Notes under the pieces: model-generated
Seen by the model: only the letters and a program-made list of their open reading frames with translations
Database searches by the model: none
What the model was told of the DNA's origin: nothing
Translations under genes and position numbers: made by a program
DNA from: a virus
Lineage: Duplodnaviria > Heunggongvirae > Uroviricota > Caudoviricetes
Direction: 5' to 3' (one strand)
Length of the DNA stretch: 33,382 nucleotides
IMG/VR virus record: IMGVR_UViG_2874945390_000012
Part shown: positions 25,354-31,285 of the stretch, piece by piece
Layout of the letters: the number at the start of each line of letters is the position of its first letter
Numbering within the stretch: position 1 is the first letter of the stretch

Positions 25354-25410
25354 AAAAGCACCTGTGAAGCAGAGTTAAACGTGGTCTGCTTCATGGTGCC
25401 GGAGGCATAA

Positions 25411-25436
25411 AAAAAGCCGGATTTACCGGCTTCATT
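25411..25436 (-). terminator. Rho-independent terminator after the Mor/C-like gene
   Basis: Minus-strand sense TGAAGCCGGTAAATCCGGCTTTTTTT: 7-bp stem, 5-nt loop, T7; identical to the element at 17857-17885. Confidence 0.65.
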
Positions 25437-25438
25437 GA

Positions 25439-25888
25439 TTAAGGACGTCGTGGCGGACGACGAACGGGGTGAGGCAGGTTCGGGGAGTGGTAAAACAAAT
25501 CCGGCTGGTATTTATTACACTCCAGACGCCGCATCCGTTTGATGGCCTTGTAGACGGTTTTATACGTCACCCCGTAACGCTGAACCAGTTCAGGAATATT
25601 ATGGCCGTTAAAATCACGCCAGATACGCATATCCCGGACAAGATTCTCCAGAATATTCCCCCTCGGAACATAAACCTGCATCCCGCCGATATGGCGACAA
25701 ATCGCCACAACCAGCTCAAGGGAATGAGCAGGGTCTGCGCCAATCCGGGCCAGCTCTTTACGCAGCAGTGCGTTCAGTTCAGAAAGTAACGCCGGATAAG
25801 CCGTGTTTTCCTGGTAATCGTTAAGGTATTCCAGAACGCTGTCGTCCCGGAAGTCTTCGAATAAATCCTGCTCTTTCATCTGTTTCAT
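25439..25888 (-). CDS. mor: Mor/C-family transcriptional activator (closest to Mu Mor)
   Basis: ...DPAHSLELVVAICRHIGGMQVYVPRGNILENLVRDMRIWRDFNGHNIPELVQRYGVTYKTVYKAIKRMRRL closely matches the Mu Mor C-terminal HTH region as I recall it. Confidence 0.85.
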   Translation of the reverse strand: MKQMKEQDLFEDFRDDSVLEYLNDYQENTAYPALLSELNALLRKELARIGADPAHSLELVVAICRHIGGMQVYVPRGNILENLVRDMRIWRDFNGHNIPELVQRYGVTYKTVYKAIKRMRRLECNKYQPDLFYHSPNLPHPVRRPPRRP

Positions 25889-25939
25889 ACAGCAATTCTC
25901 CCGCTGTTTCGTGCGCGGGCATACGCACTGGTCAGTGCA

Positions 25940-26434
25940 TCATAGCCGCGCAGCTCCTGCCCGGTTTCGCTCACAGGTAAAGGCACACCATGTCGGGCAA
26001 AGGCTCACGGATGCAGCGCATATGCCACTGTTTGAGCGTTTCGAGCACAACCTGCAACGATTCCCGTGACACCAGGCCAGCGTGGAAACACCCTGACCGC
26101 CATTACGTCTGGCTGTCAGGCGTTCAACGTATTTGTCCAGCGCAGCGTCGCTGATATCGGAGACGAAACCATCAAGGAACATCTGCTGCCAGATTTTATA
26201 AATCTTCTCGCGCGGTGTGACATGCCCCTTAAAGCGACGGCGGGGATGTTTTTTCTGCTTCTTAAAACCGCGCTCTTTCATGGCATCGAGCACACGTTCC
26301 AGTTGTGCAACGGAAAGCTCGCGGCAACTGGTTTTGCCCGTGCACTGCACCAGAAAGGTGCGGTAAGTGTCATCGTCGAGTTGCAGGTCACGACGGGCAA
26401 CATGAATTAATTTAATCAGGGATGTGCGGCTCAT
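25940..26434 (-). CDS. gemA: GemA-like protein (Mu gp16 family); C-terminal ~50 aa possibly out of frame
   Basis: N-terminus MSRTSLIKLIHVARRDLQLDDDTYRTFLVQCTGKTSCRELSVAQLERVLDAMKERGFKK is GemA-like; the C-terminal segment is Cys/Arg-rich and atypical, while an alternative frame reads protein-like. Confidence 0.7.
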   Translation of the reverse strand: MSRTSLIKLIHVARRDLQLDDDTYRTFLVQCTGKTSCRELSVAQLERVLDAMKERGFKKQKKHPRRRFKGHVTPREKIYKIWQQMFLDGFVSDISDAALDKYVERLTARRNGGQGVSTLAWCHGNRCRLCSKRSNSGICAASVSLCPTWCAFTCERNRAGAARL

Positions 26435-26747
26435 TATGTCCCCCCGGATTTAAAATTAATTCGGTGTTGAATAGCTCTTTACTCATTCGATGTAGCACAT
26501 CGAGGGCGGCAACTGCCGCTACTTTATCCTGGCTGGCAATGATTTTTCGTAATTCCTCAATAATCCAGGCTGGACTTAATGATTCGGCAATCATCGTGCG
26601 TTTTTCTGAAATTAAATTTTCTCTGGCCTGCTCATAGCGTTGGTATACGACATTATCCAGAAAATCATTTACCTTTTGTTCTGACATGCCACTGGAAATT
26701 AAGGTTGCAGCCATTAAATCAGCATCAGTAATCATCTGTATTTTCAT
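26412..26747 (-). CDS. Hypothetical early protein
   Basis: 111-aa ORF in the early operon; coupled overlaps with neighbours. Confidence 0.5.
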   Translation of the reverse strand: MKIQMITDADLMAATLISSGMSEQKVNDFLDNVVYQRYEQARENLISEKRTMIAESLSPAWIIEELRKIIASQDKVAAVAALDVLHRMSKELFNTELILNPGGHNEPHIPD

Positions 26748-27087
26748 CTCTTAATACCTTTTCTGGATTCAGGAAAACTGCGCCGGTAACCTCCAGCAGA
26801 TTCACCAGAGCATGGGTCGCAATTGCTGCAGCCAGGCAATCACCGTTGTAGCAGGCATTGTCGATAACGCTTTTTATTATTCTTATCAGCGATGGCAGTG
26901 TGGTGTTTTCCAGAATTTCCAGCCTGAACTGCTTCAGCCAGTATTCATATTCAGCTTCATCAAATGGACGCTCACCCATCAGTTCCGTCAGTGTTGCATC
27001 GGCCTGCTCTGGCGTATATCCACTGACAACCAGTTGCGCCCGCATTTCAGCCCGATATTTCGGGTCGTCATAAATACGTTTACTCAT
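26725..27087 (-). CDS. Hypothetical early protein
   Basis: 120-aa ORF in the early operon. Confidence 0.5.
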   Translation of the reverse strand: MSKRIYDDPKYRAEMRAQLVVSGYTPEQADATLTELMGERPFDEAEYEYWLKQFRLEILENTTLPSLIRIIKSVIDNACYNGDCLAAAIATHALVNLLEVTGAVFLNPEKVLRDENTDDY

Positions 27088-27262
27088 TTCTTAATGCATC
27101 CTCACAATAAAAGATTTCACCGGAATAACGTTTTTGTATGCGCTCCATCACCTGCATACATGCCTGCTCTGTGGGCCAGATTTTTTCTGTTACAGGTATG
27201 GCATCGCAGGCATCATTCCCACAGGTGCCAACCAGCAGGACAAAGCCAATTGACTTAATCAT
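27080..27262 (-). CDS. Small Cys-rich exported protein, possible lipoprotein
   Basis: MIKSIGFVLLVGTCGNDACDAIPV...: N-terminal signal-like hydrophobic segment ending in Cys, four further Cys; ATG at 27262 overlaps the upstream stop by 8 nt. Confidence 0.5.
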   Translation of the reverse strand: MIKSIGFVLLVGTCGNDACDAIPVTEKIWPTEQACMQVMERIQKRYSGEIFYCEDALRNE

Positions 27263-27794
27263 GCCCGCTGATTTCCTGTGTTTCCGCCGGAACCGGTGAA
27301 TAATCAAGAATGAGATAGCGCAGGACGTGGTCGGTGATATTCCAGCCACTGGAGCCACAAATAAAACGACCCAGCCGGATATCGATATACGCCATCACAA
27401 AACGGGGCATTCCCTGTTTGCACATCTCGTCATCCACTTCAGCAACGATGTAAACCGGCTCGCAGGTCAGTACGCCTGTCGCAAATTCTTTTGCCAGTGC
27501 CGGAATGGCGTTACCTTCCAGCCAGGGCAAAGAACGACGGAACGTGCACCATGCAGCATCATCAACCCCTGGCAGCTCCGTTGTGTTTCGCCTTACAGGT
27601 GACGTCAGACGAGGGCGCGGAACGTCATAAAATCCGTTGCATTCGGTGAGCACTCCGGCATCAACCGCATCACGCAGGAAATACACCATTGACGAGGGCA
27701 GCATATTCATTTTTTCAGCCAGAACCCCGCAGGTCAGACGCCCGTAAGCCCGTAATAATGTGCTGACACCGTTCAGAACTTTTGCATCAATCAC
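27255..27794 (-). CDS. Hypothetical early protein
   Basis: 179-aa ORF in the early operon. Confidence 0.5.
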   Translation of the reverse strand: MIDAKVLNGVSTLLRAYGRLTCGVLAEKMNMLPSSMVYFLRDAVDAGVLTECNGFYDVPRPRLTSPVRRNTTELPGVDDAAWCTFRRSLPWLEGNAIPALAKEFATGVLTCEPVYIVAEVDDEMCKQGMPRFVMAYIDIRLGRFICGSSGWNITDHVLRYLILDYSPVPAETQEISGHD

Positions 27795-27797
27795 CGG

Positions 27798-28352
27798 TTA
27801 TTCCTCCGTCAGTGCCACAAATTCAGAATGTTTAATGCGCTGGCATTCGGCAGGAACCGGTCCCTTAACCTCACCATCCAGCAGGCACACCTCAAACAAA
27901 ATGCCGAATCCGTCACGGCTGTGGTGCATCGTCCAGACTGATTTGAGATCAAACATGTTGGGTACAACATCAACCCCGAGTTCATTACACAACCAGACCG
28001 GGAATGTGGGATATTTCCGGAGTTGCTCTTCATGTTCCTGAATAAGCGTCGCATTGTTTCGGCCTTCCGGTGTTGTTATATCCGGTACAACGCCATAAAA
28101 CTGAAATCCACCAATAAACAGTCCGTCTGATTTACCACGCCATAATTCCGGCGCTAATTGATTCATCCAGATACATTCAACCCGTTCATACCCTCTGTTA
28201 CTGACAAGGGAAACACCGTCTGCGCCAAACGCACGCTGCAATGAGCAGATGATTTTGTCACGCTTAACAGAAACATCTTTCAGCCAGCGAATCGTATAAC
28301 CGTTAGCGGCTGCGTCACTCAGTTTAAAATAAGCATATGCTTTCATATTCAT
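27798..28352 (-). CDS. Hypothetical early protein
   Basis: ORF starting MNMKAYAYF... with SD GGAAA upstream; ~185 aa. Confidence 0.5.
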   Translation of the reverse strand: MNMKAYAYFKLSDAAANGYTIRWLKDVSVKRDKIICSLQRAFGADGVSLVSNRGYERVECIWMNQLAPELWRGKSDGLFIGGFQFYGVVPDITTPEGRNNATLIQEHEEQLRKYPTFPVWLCNELGVDVVPNMFDLKSVWTMHHSRDGFGILFEVCLLDGEVKGPVPAECQRIKHSEFVALTEE

Positions 28353-28443
28353 TTCCTCTGGTCCTGATTCAGGCGCGAGCAATCCCCTGACGCATCGCGC
28401 CATAATTAAAAGAAAGTGAATTAATTAAATATTCGTCGTGGTA

Positions 28444-28968
28444 TTAAATACCGGCTTCCTGTTCAAACGGAATAATAGAAAAATCTTCAATGCCTGATTT
28501 AACTGTAATTCCGGCGACACCTGCGACTGCTTTCGGCTCCAGTAAAATCGCTTCCTTGTTGATTTCCTGTTTCGTGCGAATAAAGCGTTGAAGGCCAAGA
28601 CGCTCCAGTGTTTCCATCACTGCATCCACACCGCGAATACTTACTGATGGTGGGCGCTGACGCCATGACACATCACCGGTTACCAGGTTTGCCGTCTTCA
28701 CCTTGCCGCCGTTCGTCAGTTCGTCACGGTTCGCTTCACACCATCCCTGAACGCCTTTTGAAAGGGTTTCGATACTGGTTTTAAGCGGTGCAATCTGTGA
28801 GGCGTATTTCTCCGTAATCTCAGCGATAGCGTCATTCATTTCCGTTTCAAGTCGTGCTGCTTCGCGTTGCAGGTCCCCAATCCGGCGGATATCACATACC
28901 ACGGCATCGCGGGATTGCGGAACATAAGCCGCTGCGGCGTTCCTGATTCGTTTTGCGGGTTTAGCCAT
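28444..28968 (-). CDS. gam: Gam, host-nuclease inhibitor (Ku-like DNA end-binding protein)
   Basis: 174 aa; MAKPAKRIRNAAAAYVPQSRDAV...GVQGWCEANRDELTNGGKVKTANLVTGDVSWR...SGIEDFSIIPFEQEAGI closely resembles Mu Gam as I recall it. Confidence 0.9.
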   Translation of the reverse strand: MAKPAKRIRNAAAAYVPQSRDAVVCDIRRIGDLQREAARLETEMNDAIAEITEKYASQIAPLKTSIETLSKGVQGWCEANRDELTNGGKVKTANLVTGDVSWRQRPPSVSIRGVDAVMETLERLGLQRFIRTKQEINKEAILLEPKAVAGVAGITVKSGIEDFSIIPFEQEAGI

Positions 28969-28986
28969 AAATAAAGCTCCTGTTAA

Positions 28987-29286
28987 TTAATATTCACTGT
29001 ATACAATGCCGGATACAGCACGATTGCTTAATTCCATCTTTTTGGCTATCACATGAATAGCCAGCCCTTCTTTATAAAGTTCACGGCATAAATATTTGTC
29101 GTGCTCACTGACCCGGTATGCACACAACGATATTCCGTGCCTTCTGGCATGTGCCTGTAGGGCGGTTGGGGCAACTTTCAGTTTTTTCGCCATTTCCTCG
29201 ACGGTCATTTTTCCGACACTGGCTTCGATAAATTCCCGGTCTTCGCGTGACCAGCGTTTACGATTACACGTCATTCCGGTCACCAC
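28987..29286 (-). CDS. Putative DNA-binding protein with two HTH-like segments
   Basis: RWSREDREFIEASVGKMTVEEMAKKLKVAPTALQAHARRHGIS and GLAIHVIAKKMELSNRAVSGIV look like helix-turn-helix motifs; 99 aa. Confidence 0.45.
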   Translation of the reverse strand: MVTGMTCNRKRWSREDREFIEASVGKMTVEEMAKKLKVAPTALQAHARRHGISLCAYRVSEHDKYLCRELYKEGLAIHVIAKKMELSNRAVSGIVYSEY

Positions 29287-29706
29287 TCAGTACAACAGAG
29301 GCTCGCGCAGTGATGCCGGAATATGCCGCAGCGATAACTGAACCGCTTTTAGGACAAGCGAGGAATAACAGCAGCGCGCCCAGCCTTTTGCCATTAACCG
29401 GTAATCGCGCCAGATACGCTGCCACATTTCACGGGCTTTCGGGTCTGACGCGCAGATGTATTCGCGGTCCATGACGTATTCCCATAAATCCACATTGAAG
29501 GCATTGCCAAACGTAATGGCGCGGAATACCGCCTCTCCGCAATAACGCGCACAAATGCTGTAATGGTCAAATGCAATCAGGTAAGTCTTTTCGCCATACC
29601 CCTCAACTTCGCGCGCACAAATAAATTCGCGCAAGTCTCCACCATTGTTATTACGCTCTTTAATCCGAATTAATGCCCGGATTTCATTTCGGATTTTGAC
29701 GTTCAT
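29287..29706 (-). CDS. Hypothetical early protein
   Basis: ORF from MNVKIRNEIRAL...; SD AAGGAA 9 nt upstream of the ATG at 29706. Confidence 0.5.
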   Translation of the reverse strand: MNVKIRNEIRALIRIKERNNNGGDLREFICAREVEGYGEKTYLIAFDHYSICARYCGEAVFRAITFGNAFNVDLWEYVMDREYICASDPKAREMWQRIWRDYRLMAKGWARCCYSSLVLKAVQLSLRHIPASLREPLLY

Positions 29707-29720
29707 TGTCAGCGTTCCTT

Positions 29721-29999
29721 TCAGTGGCATGTTTTTTCAACAGCCATTTCAGTGACACGGCCACCGGTGATGACACTATCGTTTTTCAAAATCTCGATAG
29801 CTTCATGGGCTGACTCATTAATTATTTTCTGGCTTTTATTAAGCACCAGTAACGCCACCATGCCAGCAAGTGTACCCTCATCACCGTCCAGTTCCGCACT
29901 ACCGTCCACCGCAATGCTGGTGCGCAAATTCAGTCCTTTAATTCCAGATACTGTATTTTTAATTTCAATAATTACTTTTGCCATTTTGTTATTCCTCAC
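29721..29999 (-). CDS. Hypothetical early protein
   Basis: 92-aa ORF (alternative start at MAKVII, 29984). Confidence 0.45.
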   Translation of the reverse strand: MRNNKMAKVIIEIKNTVSGIKGLNLRTSIAVDGSAELDGDEGTLAGMVALLVLNKSQKIINESAHEAIEILKNDSVITGGRVTEMAVEKTCH

Positions 30000-30016
30000 A
30001 AATAAATAAGCCGTTA

Positions 30017-30244
30017 TTAACGCCAGATAATCTGGCAGCCATTAAGGCGGGCCGTCCATACTGAACGGGCAACCCCTGATTTATGCTCCATAATCCTGAC
30101 AGCGTTTCTGACCAGCTCCGGTGGTGGGCAGGTGATTTCAAGTACCGGACGCGCCACGCCGAGATATGATTCATTTACGTGACTCCCGTGCGCCTGTAAC
30201 CAGTTCTGCGCATCCGTTGCCATTTTTATATTTCGTGACATCAT
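30017..30244 (-). CDS. Small hypothetical early protein (kil-region position)
   Basis: 75-aa ORF immediately downstream of B. Confidence 0.4.
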   Translation of the reverse strand: MMSRNIKMATDAQNWLQAHGSHVNESYLGVARPVLEITCPPPELVRNAVRIMEHKSGVARSVWTARLNGCQIIWR

Positions 30245-30259
30245 GGTTTATGTCCTTTA

Positions 30260-31210
30260 CTACCAGTTCAGTAACCTGGGGTTGCTGTAAGCCTCCTTAA
30301 AAGCCGCTTTAATGTGACTTTTATTCAGGGATGTGCCTGCACCTTTTGCCGCCAGCCACGCATGATTCAGTGTGTGAGTTAATACACGCAATCCCCCGGG
30401 CTTTTCGGCTACCCTCATCAGCAGGTCCAGCTCATCTTCCTGTGTTACTCCCCATGCTTTGGCTACAGCCATCACATCGGTCTTTTTTACTTTGCGCAGT
30501 TGTTTTGTCATGGCAAAACGGCTGAACAGACGGGCCAGTTCATCAGTCCCACGACGGGTGGCATCCGCCATCTGTTTCGGGTTGCCAATTAAAACCATCC
30601 CCACGCCAGTGGCATCCTGAATGGCGCGTAATTGCTCCAGACCATCCACACTTAAGTGATCAGCTTCATCAATAATCAGAAGGGGGTTAACACGGCCACT
30701 GGTTTCTTTACCACCACCCAGTTTTCTGCGAATGGCGCGGGTTATATTCCCCTTATTTCTTCCCGGATTATTAATTTCCAGCGCATATGCTATTTCAAGG
30801 AGGCATTCCGTTACGCTCGAATGTGCCGGAGCAAGAGTCACCATCCAGGCATTAGCTGTCCTGCGACAATATTCCCGGGCAGCAAAGGTTTTTCCGACAC
30901 CCGGTACTCCAACAACGACACTGATAATCCCGAGTGAGCGCACTGTTTTAAACAGCTCATGCAAATCACAAAATGTCTGGGTCTTCACAACACCAGGGGT
31001 ACCTGACAAGTTCTGTCCCTTCTGCCAGACCTGATACCATTTCTGTAATTTGTCATGCATACCTTCGACATTACCGTTGTACTCTCCTTTACGCAGAGCC
31101 GAGAGTGTTGCCGGAGACATTCCGGCTTCATCAGCAATATCTTCCTGAGACTTGTCGCCCTCGTTAATCAAAGCGTTAATAGTGTTGAAAACATCATCAA
31201 TATCAGTCAT
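30260..31210 (-). CDS. B: MuB-like AAA+ ATPase, target DNA activator
   Basis: 316 aa; N-terminal HTH-like region, Walker A VVGVPGVGKTF, Walker B LLIIDEADHL; directly downstream of the transposase. Confidence 0.9.
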   Translation of the reverse strand: MTDIDDVFNTINALINEGDKSQEDIADEAGMSPATLSALRKGEYNGNVEGMHDKLQKWYQVWQKGQNLSGTPGVVKTQTFCDLHELFKTVRSLGIISVVVGVPGVGKTFAAREYCRRTANAWMVTLAPAHSSVTECLLEIAYALEINNPGRNKGNITRAIRRKLGGGKETSGRVNPLLIIDEADHLSVDGLEQLRAIQDATGVGMVLIGNPKQMADATRRGTDELARLFSRFAMTKQLRKVKKTDVMAVAKAWGVTQEDELDLLMRVAEKPGGLRVLTHTLNHAWLAAKGAGTSLNKSHIKAAFKEAYSNPRLLNW

Positions 31211-31243
31211 AGTATTTCCTCGGTTATTTCAAATCAGCTTTGT

Positions 31244-31275
31244 TTCCTTTATTTAACAGTCCGTTCCCGCGGACT
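31244..31275. terminator. Hairpin with T7 run in the A-B intergenic region
   Basis: + strand CAGTCCG-ttcccg-CGGACTG followed by TTTTTTT; in the A-to-B sense the hairpin is preceded by an A-run and followed by TTAAAT. Confidence 0.35.
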
Positions 31276-31285
31276 GTTTTTTTAT

